Source: Octopus sinensis (Eukaryota). Taken from it: a stretch of DNA of 64,000 bases. A program made the translations under genes and the position numbers. The notes beneath the pieces were generated by a model. It saw only the letters and a program-made list of their open reading frames with translations. It did no database searches and had not been told where the DNA came from. Shown piece by piece: positions 23,601 to 35,954 of this stretch; position 1 is the stretch's first letter; each line of letters opens with the position of its first letter. The stretch covers positions 62,001-126,000 of the forward strand of contig NW_021832228.1 in the NCBI RefSeq assembly GCF_006345805.1. Reading direction: 5' to 3'.

Positions 23601-24170
23601 TACTCCCCACCACCCATTCTCACAACACACAACTCAAAATGCCCAAATGTACGAAAAAGAAAAGAATCAGAAAAGTGCTTTCCATTTTTTGTTGTTGTGG
23701 ACGGGCATTTCAGAAAACTGCAGTAATGTTGGATTCGAGTCAAACAGTCCCTTCTGACGTGGCACATAATATTATTTTTTTGTGTTGTGGATTTTTTTAA
23801 TTCGTATTTAATTCAATATTGCTATCAATGTTGTATTTATATTAAATATTTTCGATTATTTATTTGTTTGAAGATTAATTAAATTGATTACTGGTAAAAT
23901 ATCCGAACAAAGTTTATTTTCCAGGTGAATTTGTCCTGATTTTATCGATTAACTAATCTTTATTCACATGGATTTTCTAAATTAAGTTTATTTTTTTTAT
24001 TTTAGTGTGTCATTTGTATCTATTAGTTTTTTATTGTTTATTTTTATAGCTATAGTTTAATTTTTTTCAAAATAAAGAGATAGAAGAAAAGCGTTAAGTC
24101 CCAGCGGCAAAGACGCAGTGGCGATTTTGACAAAATTTTTGTTAAGTTATTTTTCAACGAAGAGAGACTG

Positions 24171-24545
24171 TTAGAAGACTAGCAGATAAAAACCTTCGGA
24201 TTTCTTGCCTTTTAGTCCCGCAACACGCACACAGACTAAGACATACCGCTTTACCCGCATCATTATCTCTAGGAGGCCTTTGAGGTACAATTCCTGGGCG
24301 TCAGAAAGCTTCTTTAAAAATAGCAGGATGACTAGTCGTCTGACTTTTTTGATCGCCTCAAGCTTCTTCTCCCTGTCCTCGCAGAAGTGTCGGACACTAT
24401 AGGTCAAGACGGGTAATACCATGGAATTAAAAATGCGGAAGCAGGCACCTCTTGGCATGTGGAAAGCACGCAACGCGCCTAGTCGCTGCATTGCACAAAT
24501 CTAATAGTGCAATGTGATTGTCGAAATTACCGGACAGCCTGAAGA
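24171..24545 (-). mobile_element. 3' fragment of the LINE family at 1650-3200
   Basis: MQRLGALRAFH..MVLPVLTY..HFCEDREK shared with ORF 1755-2420. Confidence 0.85.
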
Positions 24546-24619
24546 GCATGGGGATTGTTGTGATTAGATAAATACGTCTTTATCCCAGCCTAAAAATGGA
24601 AAAACAGCCTTATTAAGTT

Positions 24620-25530
24620 GAGGAGAATATGGTGCATCAAATCTTCATATAGTTACTATACATTGTTGTTAATGCTGGCAAACAATAATTTTTCCATAAT
24701 AGTATTCACGGCGCAATATCTGACAAAAATTGGTAGGCGTGACAATCCAGATATGTCAGTACTTTCGTCAACACAAAGGGAAATGAAATCACAAGACTTA
24801 ATGTCTTTATTTTATTAAAGAGAGATATTTTCACTCATCACCAAAATTCTTTCCTTTACCGTGTTTCGTGAGAGGGGAATGAATGAATTTATTTGAAAGG
24901 AAGTTAATGAGACAAAGTATGCCTCTTCTACGTTGTTTCTCTCTTTTTTATGTTTTATTCCAGATTCGAGAGGAAAAGGATCTCTCAAGAACACTTCCAA
25001 CCGTTTCCGTCGCTTCTTCCATCTCTTGAGGGATGGGTTGGTCCAGCTAGAGTCCATTTGCCAATTTGATGGCATCTTGACTTGTCTTTTCGAGCTTAGC
25101 GATAATGCAATTCCTCTCAGCAGTAGGGTACCATCCCTAAATCCTGTAGTAAGCAATGTCCAACGCACGTTTTATAAACATATAAAAATGCTTCAACATG
25201 AGAGGGGAATTTTTTTTTCTATAATTTTTGGATTTTTTTGAATAAGAGTGCTGCATATTTTATCCACGCTTCTTTTATATATTCACCATCAGAAAAAGGC
25301 TTCCCATGGTTCGCAATAACATGAGAAATAACGTAACTAGCACTGATGGAATCAGATTGACTGTTAATGAGTGTTCTGAGTGATTCTGATTTTGAGAGTT
25401 CTTTTTTAACTGAGATGCAATTGTTTCACATTGTTCATCCTTAGTTTTCTCAGATAATGATTTGTGAATAATTATCGATATAAATAATTTGAAAATGGCG
25501 TTTTATAGAGGATGTTCGGTTCAAATTTCC
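24620..25530 (-). mobile_element. Fragmented hAT transposase
   Basis: ASYVISHVIANHGKPFSDGEYIKE and SLCVDESTDISGLSRLPIFVRY, interrupted by unrelated sequence. Confidence 0.7.
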
Positions 25531-25744
25531 TAACACACTTCTCATAGGCAAGATACTCCTCTTCAAGGGGACCTCCGGTAGATCTTGCCATCATTAAGAA
25601 GATGTGCTGTTTTTCTGTAAGATGTTCCATTAATTTTTTGACGTATTTCTCAATTCCGAAGACGGCGTCATTTTATCACGTTTTAGTAAAATAAATCAGT
25701 AAATCTTATTATTGATTTATCAACTACAAAAATAATTAATTTAA

Positions 25745-26075
25745 GTAAGCACCGAGCCATGCCCCGCTATGAGGGTGTGCGGCCGAGAGCAGGCACGCTA
25801 GCCGGTGTTGGTCTAGCTGTGGTTTCAACTTCTTAAACCAGTCGGTGGCCCAGATTTCACCCCACATACGTTGCCCGCACATGTCAGACGAAAGGGGTAG
25901 GTTGGCATCGGTCCAGAAATTCGGTAAAATGTCAGCTGGCAAGTCCAATGAGAGTTTGTTGTAGGAGAGTAGAATCTCATTGGTCAGATAAAGGCTGCTG
26001 CAGATCAGAGAAAAATATGCTTGCGGGGCCAGGTCCTTTGGCGAGCGAAATCCAATACCTCCAAACCTGACGAGA
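25745..26075 (-). mobile_element. CRE-like retrotransposon post-RT fragment
   Basis: RFGGIGFRSPKDLAPQAY..HSGAWL. Confidence 0.75.
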
Positions 26076-26099
26076 AGTTTCCCTTTCTCCATCTAATGT

Positions 26100-26920
26100 C
26101 GTCAAATTTTTTGTGAATTTGTTTGATTTTAAAATCAAAACAAATTTTCTTTATTTCCTGATTCTTAAACTCAGACCCATTATCTGACTGAAAAATTTGA
26201 CATGGGCCGTTTAAATAAAATAATGATTTTAAATTTTCCGATACTTCTTTGCTTGACTTATTAAAAAGAGGCCTGGGAAAGGCAAATCTATAATGATTCT
26301 TTTAACTAACCAACCTGCTATAGACATCAATGACAGTTAAAATCCATTTAAAATCATGATTAACAGTTGAAAATCTTTTTAAGTCTATAAGATCTATCTG
26401 AAACCGTTCGTTAAGACAGGAAGCAAAAACATGGTGATTTATATCTCCAATCTACAATAAAAAATGCTTAAACTTTTAAAGGACGTGAAAATTTATAGAC
26501 TTGACAATTTCGATTCCTATTCATTCTTCTATAATATGAAGACTGCAAATTCATCCTCTCAAAGTTAAACCGGTACTCATCATCTTTACTAATAAGTAAC
26601 AATAAAAACCTTTATTATAAATGTCGGGATTTTTTACAACTTCCAATTCTTTCATATCAAAACTTTTTGGATTTTCCTCAACACCTAATTCAACAACAGT
26701 GTTGAATCCAGGAATATTACGATATCTTTGGAATGGAGTAACGTCTAGAAAATAAAAAATGCAATTTACATGTGGATGAATGAGCTCTCTGATTGTACAA
26801 AAACACAGCATTTCAAATGTGTTTTACCCACTCTTCAAACTTATTCATCCGAAGCCATCAATTTGGATAAACTCCTTGTAATTGTTTGATTAAATCTTTC
26901 AACTATCCCCTGACTCTGAC
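26100..26920 (-). mobile_element. rve integrase fragments
   Basis: ERFQIDLIDL..WILTVIDVYSR..IFQSDNGSEF (26100-26440) and QSQGIVERFNQT (about 26880-26920). Confidence 0.75.
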
Positions 26921-27934
26921 TTTGTTAGGCATCAGTACAACGTGATTAGTGAAATACTTTATTGAGTTTATCGTCAAAAATTATGGTATGCCAGCAAAAA
27001 TTGGTGTAAATCTTAAATACGAGTAAAAACTCATAATAATTCAAGAAAGTATTTAACAAATGGGAGTTGATTTTACGATTTAAAATACAACATTTTCATT
27101 AATCGTAAATCTACAATACTTTTAGGAACCTTGCCGAAACATCAAACGTAGGGATTTCACTCCTCTTCAATAAAGAAATAATCATTGGTCCAATTCCCAA
27201 ATACTACAAATTCACACGAATTAACCAAACCAGCTCGTAGAAATGAATCATAAAACTTAGAACACGATGGCAATGTTGGATCCGAAAATCTTTATTTTAA
27301 TAACATATTCATTATCTAAATGGTTTACAAAAAAATATTACGAGTTAAATTAAGACTAGGAATTTGTTTTCCTTATTATGTTCGAACCAAAAAAATTCCA
27401 TTCAGATAGGGAGGATAGCGCACCGACTGTCGTCTCAGTTGAAAAATTTTAAAGTAAACTTAGGAAATTATAACCCATTATTTCAAAACCGCTAGAAAGA
27501 CAGGAATAAAATCAAAATTTAACCAGATAATTAAAAGACATAAAATTTTAACAAATAGTTTTTCTGTAAATAAGTCACAGAGATCACAAAATTTATTAAA
27601 TAGTTAATTAAATGAAATTCTTTGTTGTAATCAAAAGGATAGAAATTGTAAATACGTGAATCAAAATACGTGAATTTCATCGAGGAATTAAACCATCAAA
27701 AAAGATACTATCCAAAGTGTCTTAAACCAGGTTACTCCACATAAGACTGTATGCATTATATTCACCAAATTTTGAGTTATCAACATTGACAAACTAAAAA
27801 ACGCCATGGAATTATTACAGCTCATTTACTGCACTCATCGATAAGCACTTAATTCTGAAATGAACTAATCTATTATCTAATCACTATTTTTCTTCCTTGC
27901 TTTTCAGTCTATATAAACACATAATCAAGTCACC

Positions 27935-28110
27935 AATGTTGTTACGGCAATCGCCCTGGAGACGGCTGGAGCCGCTGGAAAGGAGACTGACTAGTTCCTC
28001 AACGAGGTCGGGAAGTCCATCGGGAGGAGGCTTAAGGATCCAAGAGAGGGCTTCCGGTTCCGCCAGCACATCGGTCTGGCCATCGTTCGCGGCAACGCAC
28101 ACTGGGGTTG
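27935..28110 (+). mobile_element. CRE-like 3' fragment
   Basis: TAIALETAGAAG..WFRQHIGLAIVRGNA. Confidence 0.7.
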
Positions 28111-28799
28111 GCACATAACTTTCACACAAATTAAAAGTTCCTAAGTCACCAATTATTGACCAAACATTTGAAAATTTTTGGAATTTTTTATTAAAAATAT
28201 TTTCCTCATTATCGGATCCATCAAACTTTCTAGAAGGCTAATTTCACTAGGAGTTGAGAGTTTTTAGTATTTTTATTTATATGCTTTTGCAATGCCATGG
28301 ATCACCACAAAGCTTGTGCAGCATTGGAAACAATAAAAGTTATTAGTTCGGTCCATTTCCCTCTATCTTGGGCGACGTCCCGTAACAAGTCAAAATCGTT
28401 CCCGTTTTTTAAAATTTTCCCTACACTCTAAGGTCTCTGTCCAAAGCGTCCATGAAAGCGAGAGCTGTCAGTTTAAAAATAGTCCTCCATAGCGGTGTTT
28501 ACCAGTGCCTTCAAACTTATTCTTGAGATGTGTCCAAATAGCCTCCATCAGCATGCTGTAATTTCGAAAGAGAATGGTTTGCTTCAATATCGAGTCTAGG
28601 AGAGACTACTCTCTGCCAACGTCACCCACTCACTCCCACTTTGGAGGAGGAATATTCTTGGACTGCTTCTTGGCTACATTTCCCGGCTTGTGTTCTGTCG
28701 GCGGGGAAATGACCATTTTAGGCCACACCGGGGCGGACAGATTTTCTGGGCGAAAGAGACTTTCGCCTTCCTTACCAGTAAATGGTAAAAATGATCGTT

Positions 28800-29990
28800 T
28801 CTTGGAAATGGGGATACTAAAGGTTATTCAAACTGGTGATTAATGAACTCATCCACTTGCTTCTCAATTAGTTTTAATCTGTGCTCGTCCAGGGTGTCAA
28901 TGTTTAGTGGCTGAAGGTCCACCACATCTCCAAACAAACCCAACATTTTCATTCGGTCAATTTCCCGCCCTAACAAATAACACTTAGCTTATCACGTGGT
29001 ATAAATTTGTTCAGTTTATTCAACAGAATTCTGACGAGGAATATTTTTTGTTCTACCGCTTCTCGATTGTGGGCAGAACCTTCCTATGATTATAAGATTG
29101 GTTTTCACTAACTTGACGACAGTTCGTTTCCTTTTGTTCGGCGACGGACGAATTGCAGTAGGTTTGGCAAACTTACTCAGGCAAGACACTTGGGATGCAA
29201 TTACATCCAGCTTGTTTGTGAGAGTAATCAACTTGTTCTCCATACTTTTGAACTTTATCGAGTCCTTAATTGCTCAGAACTTTCTCAAAACATTTCTAAA
29301 AATCAATTTGAAAACTCAACCTGCAAACGGACCCCATTTTCATACAAATCTGAACCAGGAATTTTGTATACATAGCAGGTGGTTAAAAGAAGTCTCATAT
29401 TTTGCACCAATAGTATGGAAAAAGAATTTGTAAGACCGACCTGATTACGTTTTTTTTGTATTATTTGAAAATTGTCGTCATTCTTGATTTTCCGACTATT
29501 CTCAAAGAGTCGATTGGTTATAAAAGACAATTGACAGATCAACCGGGAATTCAACGCAATTCTCAACTCCCAGTGCGACAAATCACTCTGCCAAGTAGTC
29601 ATCGGATTCTACAACTCAATGTGAACTGTTTTCCAAAACACTGGACAAGAACAGCTAGGGAGTGTTACAATCGAGTACTGTCGTCTCTACAAGTTGGGGA
29701 AGGCAGCATATGAGTGTGGACTCTACTCCCAGGCACTGCAGTACTTCGAACGACATTTAACTCAAATTGGCACTGCAGATGATGATTATTTACGTAATTG
29801 ATCATTAGTGCAGTATTGTAGTGTTTTTATGTTATATTTGTACATCTCTTGCTGATTGGAACGAATTTGGGGGCTCAAAACTCTTTTGGACCACGTAACA
29901 TTTCCTTCTCTAAACAATCCCAGAAGTTTGGTCTTTTGTTGTTAAGGTTTTACAAGCCTCCTGCCATTTCCTGGCCACGTCCAGCTTTGT
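28800..29990 (-). pseudogene. Unidentified spliced gene fragment(s)
   Basis: Coding-like exons (MENKLITLTNKLDVIASQV; LDEHRLKLIEKQVDEF) with short introns and stop codons. Confidence 0.3.
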
Positions 29991-30019
29991 ACCGATATCT
30001 ATTTGTCACTGATTTCAGA

Positions 30020-30920
30020 GATCATCTCCTTGAGTGTGGCTCGGTTAAAGGGGTCACTTTTTGTTGTGGGTCAGTCCTTGCAAACAGACATACGTGAGGC
30101 AATACGAGTCTGAATAACTTTGGATTGGACATTGCAAGCACATCCGAGGCCTACGGACATCAGACGGAAACAAGTCACGTTTCCTGTCATACAAACTGAC
30201 TACTCCCTCCACGACTACTCAAAGTATTTCAAATTCGTCTCAGAATACTCTGCTTCCTGGACAGATAGCCCGAATACTAATTTGTCTCCATCATCTACTA
30301 TATCACAACAAGTGGACCTTTGACGAGAACTTTGGGACCACTCCGTGTTATTCCAAGTCGTGAGGCGACGTAGAAGGCAGTATGAAGACTGTCTCCAGCG
30401 ATCAACATAACCTAAGGAATAGTACACAATACGCACACGACTGCTGTAACTGGCCAACAGTGCTGAATAAATCAGACTTTATCTCGGACGAAAAATTGGC
30501 GAATCCACAAAACTCCAACTGGACTAAAAGGTCTTTTTCGGGACATTTATCACAAAGACAGTACCCAGTGGCTAACAGTCGGTAACCGATGGACATGCTC
30601 TGTTTCACAATCTTGTTATAATCGGGGAGAATAGAGACAAACTATGGTTAGACAGGACGCATACACAATCCTTGAGTGCTTCAGGGACACCTTTGACGGT
30701 CATGAAATATTTCGTCACGTTGGAATTTCGTGGAATAAAACGACCAATAATCGTCATTCTACGCAAAGTCTTGCTGTAAGAATATACGATTACGTCGATA
30801 TTGATTGTAGGCTTGTCTCTTCATTTTAGACTGTCCTTCTGTCTGGAATGTCATCAATTTGTGTTGTGGAGGGGAAGACGTGGGGGTTACTGTGATCTCC
30901 CATTTCATAGACGACGATCA
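30020..30920 (-). pseudogene. P5A-type ATPase (ATP13A1/Spf1-like) internal fragment
   Basis: SKTLRRMTII..VKGVPEAL; GYRLLATGY..LEFCGF; MLIAGDSLHTAFYVA; LPHVCLFARTDPQQK; DKTGT and GDGTND absent. Confidence 0.8.
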
Positions 30921-31389
30921 TAGAATGGGCAAAATTATGCTACTTATCCACAAAGTGTTCTCCAAGTCAGACGACATTGCCCACCCTCTTAATATTCTGT
31001 GGCTGTATTCTCTCGCCATCAACTTTGATGCCGACCTTCTCGTGGGTCTAGTCCATATTGATAACTTTGGAAGTGATGAATTGGCCTCTTTCCTTATTTT
31101 TGTACTCAAAGCTTTAAACATGATTATTCAAGTCGACTTGTTTTCACTGATTGCCGAGATTGTAGCAATGGATATTACTCGAAACGAACTAATCGGAAGG
31201 TCAGATTTGTGAGAGATCAAGTGGACTGCATTATCATTTGCCACTTATCTCTTGCAATGTCACCAACTCCTCCATAGAAAAGGAGCCATTCAAATTGCTG
31301 CCCGCTTTTTGAAATCTGTTCACGTCTTTAAAAACAGCACATTTTTACAATAAACAAATCGCAAACTTTAAAAAAACAGTAAAATGACC

Positions 31390-31593
31390 GATTTTATATT
31401 CATACCAATCGCTCTGGAGACATCGGGCGTCGCAGGGCCTCTAACCTCGGCCTTCATCAGCGACATCGGGAGGAAATTGGCCCACAGGACGAAAGAGCCA
31501 CGCGAGGTTTCGTGGCTATTGCAGCGGATATTCATCGCCATTCTCCGCGGCAACACGCATGCGGTACTTTCCGCAGGAGGGTGCGTGCTTTAG
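31390..31593 (+). mobile_element. CRE-like 3' fragment
   Basis: FIPIALETSGVAGP..LLQRIFIAILRGN. Confidence 0.8.
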
Positions 31594-31879
31594 CCCCCCC
31601 GGAGTTTTCCCTCTATACTTTCCTAACTTAATTTGTTTTCTCGTTAAAAAAATGACCGATTAGTGAATGATTAGCGTGTTTAATAAGTTAATTGGCTTGA
31701 TTGGGTGTCCTAATGACAATCTAGGAATGACACGGACTAATAACCGTCTTTACATCAGTGTAGTTGGCAAGACCATAGGAACCCAACTCCCTTCCCTGTC
31801 CCGACTATTTGATTCTTCCAAAGAGGGCTGCCGCGTCGAGTGCAGCATAACAATTAACACTAAGTTGATTACTGTTTGA

Positions 31880-34800
31880 TGCCAGTCTTATTTGCAGAGA
31901 ATAATCCACAGAGATCTCAAACCCGACAACATTTTTCTGGAAAATCAAATGAGAGTCAAGATTGGTGATTTTTGACTGGCAATCCGCGGAGACGTTGAAA
32001 AGACAAATGTAGGCTCATTCCTAGTCTATTCCAGGTTGAGCAAATAGACCAAGACACGCCGTTGGAGTATTCTGAGAAAGCAAAGCCTTCCGGAGCTGTG
32101 GGAACTGCTTTGTAAATTGCTCCTGAAATTCTGAGCACCTCAAAATATACTAACGTTTTACATTTTGACTAATTTGGCCAGAAAGTGGACATGTACAGTC
32201 TCGGACTGATTCTGTTCGAAATGTCGTACTTGCCCATGACCACAAAATGCGAAAAAATAAATATTTTTACAAAACTCAGATTGCCTCAAGTCGAATTCCC
32301 AGCAGACTTTGGTTCATCTGAGGACGATAAGCAAATTTGGCTATAACGGGTCATTGGCAGCACAAGATAATAAGCTCACTGCTCGATCATGATCCTTCTA
32401 TGAAACATTCCGTTGGGAATCTTCTGTCTTCTAAATTGATTACCCCTCCTTTGGTGTCTGAGTCACAAGCATTGGAAATGATCAAAGTGGCTATTGCCTT
32501 GCACGACAATACGTCGGCACAACTTAAGAATGTCCTCTTTGAACAAGAACAAAGACTGTCGTTGGAAGGTTTGGGATCATTCTACCATTCTGTTGATAAT
32601 TTAACTGTTTGTTTGTAAATTCTTAATTTAGAGTTCTCTCGGGCATCATTTTGATTCAGAACTGCGATCTTTCATTCTTAAACGAATAAAACAAGTGTTC
32701 AAAACTCACAGTGGCTTGGAGCTCCGGACTCCTTTAATCATGCCGGTCTGCGAGGCAGAATTTCCCGGATTTGGAAGTTATGTAAAATTCTTGGACAGAG
32801 AAAGCACAGTTGTCGCTCTACCTTCTAATCTACGTGTGTCATTTGCTCGCTATGTCGTTCGACAGCGAATAACATTTATGCGACGTTCGTGTGTTGACAC
32901 AGTCTACTTCCTCATGGCCAAGGATGACACGATAAAGAAGAGAAGCCGTGACTCCTCTTTCCATCCGAAACAAATGACGGAATGTGCTTTTGACATTGTT
33001 TCCGATTTACCAAACCCGTTTTATAATGCTGAATTACTTGTCATGAATCAGCAGATTGTCAATTCCTGTGGCCTTGGGGGCTGTTCTGAAAAATTGACTA
33101 TCCTTATTTTAAAATAAACCACGCGGATATTTTGGCAGGAATTTTGAACCACTTCAACATTCCCAGTGAAGAGCATTCGTCGTCTATTTTTTGGTTGGGA
33201 AAGCCAGAACAAGTTGACGAGCCCAGTTGTTTCTCATTCAATCCCAAACGCCTTTTAATTTATTCATTCTCCAAGGAACAAAAAAATCAATTGAAAAAAC
33301 TCCTATCGTTGGAATTTTCAGATTTGGACGAGGCCAAAACATATTTTGACAATTTATTATAGCCCGGCCATGTCAGGGAGTGCTTGCTGATTCTTAGGGG
33401 CTGGAGGATGCTGTCCAAGGGTTTGATAATTTGCGGGAGATTCTCCGTCTTGCTGATTTTATGGGCTTTAAAACGAAAGTATAAATTTTTTATAAATCAG
33501 TTTTATGTGAGCATGACTGTGTGTTTCAATCTGGATATGTATTCGGGGATGATGTTTGAGTTGTATGTACGACGAGTTCCCTGGCAGTGTCCATCTGTCA
33601 AATCTCAACAGAAAGGAACAGTCAGGAAAAATCCCCAGCATATTATTCTCATTGAAGAAGCGTGTTCATTTGAAGGGAGATATGACCGAATGGTCTAGTT
33701 TAAGCAAATTATGAATAGATTGAGTTTTACAGGCAAAAGGAGGACGACGAAACCAGTTTTTTGCCAGTTCAATATGCTGTGGGCTTTGGGTTTATTCTTG
33801 ATCGAGTTGCCGACATTGTGCATTCCCATCGAATACAGAATGTTCAAAATAAAACGAATTGTTGTAGAGTAATGCACTCAATTGGCTTTCCCCGTCGGTT
33901 GGAGATGTGCTCGTGACTTACCAATTGGGATCAGCCAGGGAACATGTCGATAAAATGTTTTGTTCAATTTTGTCACGTTTCTGGCAGAGATCAGTCAGTG
34001 CTATTCTTGCTGTCTCCAATAAAGTTGGCTGACTGTATAATTGTGCAGAGCAATGAAGAAATGGCCGAGATGTGTCACGAACATAAGATAGGTCACTTAC
34101 TGGTGGTGAAGGATGTCTCGGACTACTGCAATGTATATTCCTGGGTTATTCCAGGTTTGGAAATGTTATCCAACTGTCTCTCAGTACAAACGATTCGAGG
34201 TGACCCAGGCCATTCAGACCATTGTGTCGTACAGAAATAAAAATAAGTTTGTTTTTTGTTTCATTCCCAGGGAAAACGAATGTAAAACACCATTCGACAT
34301 TTTAGGAGTGACGGATTTGTCTTCGGTTTTTTTCTAATTTCTACACGATTTTAGCACAAACACGAGGCGTCCTTGGTCAAGTATATTTACTACGATGTTG
34401 ACGAACACAAAAATGAGAGTCGAATCGAGCAGACCGTCAAAACAAGAATAAGGGGGGCACTTTCGAAACTTAATTCATCGCAGCGAATATACATTGTGGT
34501 CACTGATTTGATGACCAAAGAAAACTTGAAGTCCTTTCATTTTTATTTGGATGGGGTTGGTTTTGTCGTATTATGTAGTCCAATCCGACGGAGAATCCCA
34601 GAACTGTACTATCGACGTTCCTACAATCACTGTAAGTGTATCTAGTGCAGAGGTTTCCAAATGGGGAGGCGCGCCTCCCTAGGGAGGCGTTGACTCGTGT
34701 CAAGGGAGGCGCGAAAAGTATTTCAGAAACATTTTTTAGAAAATTATATCTATGTAAAAAACGTGACTATATTCCGATAATAAGAGTTATTAATTTAAAA

Positions 34801-35775
34801 ATTATATTTTTTCAAAAATTTATTTAATTTATTAGACAATTAATAATTTTAACACATGAATAAATTCTTGAGTGGCTGCAAAAGAAAATTCACGAATAAT
34901 AAAGATTTTGACGATGGTTCAAAAAATCAAAATGATTGGAATATAATCAATACCACTCCAAAGACAAGAAAATACTTTCCATCTTACTTATTGTTAGGAT
35001 TCACACGTATCTTTGTTGATTCTATGGAAAAACCCCTCTGTTGCTTTGCCTCAAAACACTTGCAGCAGATAGTATGAGGCCATGCAAATTAAGAAGACAT
35101 TTTGAAACGATGCATTCTGAACATGTCCATAAGTCTGAAGAATTTTTTAAAAGAAAATTAGAAGAGTTTGATAACCAAACGAAATCGTTAAAAAAAACTT
35201 GTTTCTGTCTCTTCAAATGCTTTACTAGCATCGTACAAGTTTCTTACAGGATTGCAAAAAATGAAACCGCACAATATCGGAGAAACTCTAGTTTTGCCAG
35301 CAGCTATCGATATGGTTGAAGCAACTTCATATTTATGCGAAACTGGATTTTCTGCACTAGCTGCAATTAAATCTAAATATCGAACTCGTTTAGTAGTGAC
35401 TAATGAGCTAAGAGTAGCACTCTCTGCGATGACACCAAGATTTGAAAAACTTTGCGCCAAGATGGAAAAAAAAAATTATTCTCATTAACTTTTTGTTTTA
35501 AAAGTGTTTTGTTAAAAAATTAATTTTTTTTTTTTAAAAAATTGTATTATTATTATGAATATAAAGGGAGGCGCAAGATTGTACTTTTCTCTAAGGGAGG
35601 CGCGTAAAAAAAAGCTTGGAAACCTGATCTAGTGATTGGCGTAGTGATGATAGCGTTGGCAAACATGTTATGAGGTTGGCGGACGTTGTGCAGGATTACA
35701 GGAATGAGGAATGCAGTCCTGTTGTAATTGTATGGATATAAAGCAAATCACTACGTACTTTTCATTTCTCCGTAA
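31880..35775 (+). pseudogene. GCN2: GCN2 (EIF2AK4), 5'-truncated with in-frame stops
   Basis: IIHRDLKPDNIFL, KIGDF*LA, VGTAL*IAPE, KVDMYSLG; HisRS-like region LPSNLRVSFARYV, ECAFDIV, GRYD; C-terminus YGYKANHY. Confidence 0.88.
34648..35626 (+). mobile_element. Internally deleted hAT (Buster/ZBED5-like) element inside the last GCN2 intron
   Basis: TIRs cagaggtttccaa / ttggaaacctg; TSD atctagtg at 34640-34647 and 35627-35634; BED finger CLKTLAADSMRPCKLRRH fused to SYLCETGFSAL. Confidence 0.93.
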
Positions 35776-35954
35776 ATCTGTTTAGTTTTGTAATAAATAC
35801 GTTATCCTTATTTTTAAATTATTCACGAATGATTCTAAATTTTTATTTAATTACGTTACTAAATGTCAATTTAATTTATTTCTTTGATACTTAATAAAAC
35901 CAATTGTTTAAAAGCGCGAAAGTATAATATTGGTTTTAAGTATGTTGTGGTCAC

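Noticed and set aside
30920-31330. Possible capsid-like or other gene fragment upstream of the P5A-ATPase piece
   Set aside because: Stops in all frames and no motif I can name reliably
31973-32115. Stop-codon reassignment (TGA=Gly, TAA=Tyr)
   Set aside because: HIPK and ACSS read through without such codons, TAA is used as a normal stop, and this locus is truncated anyway
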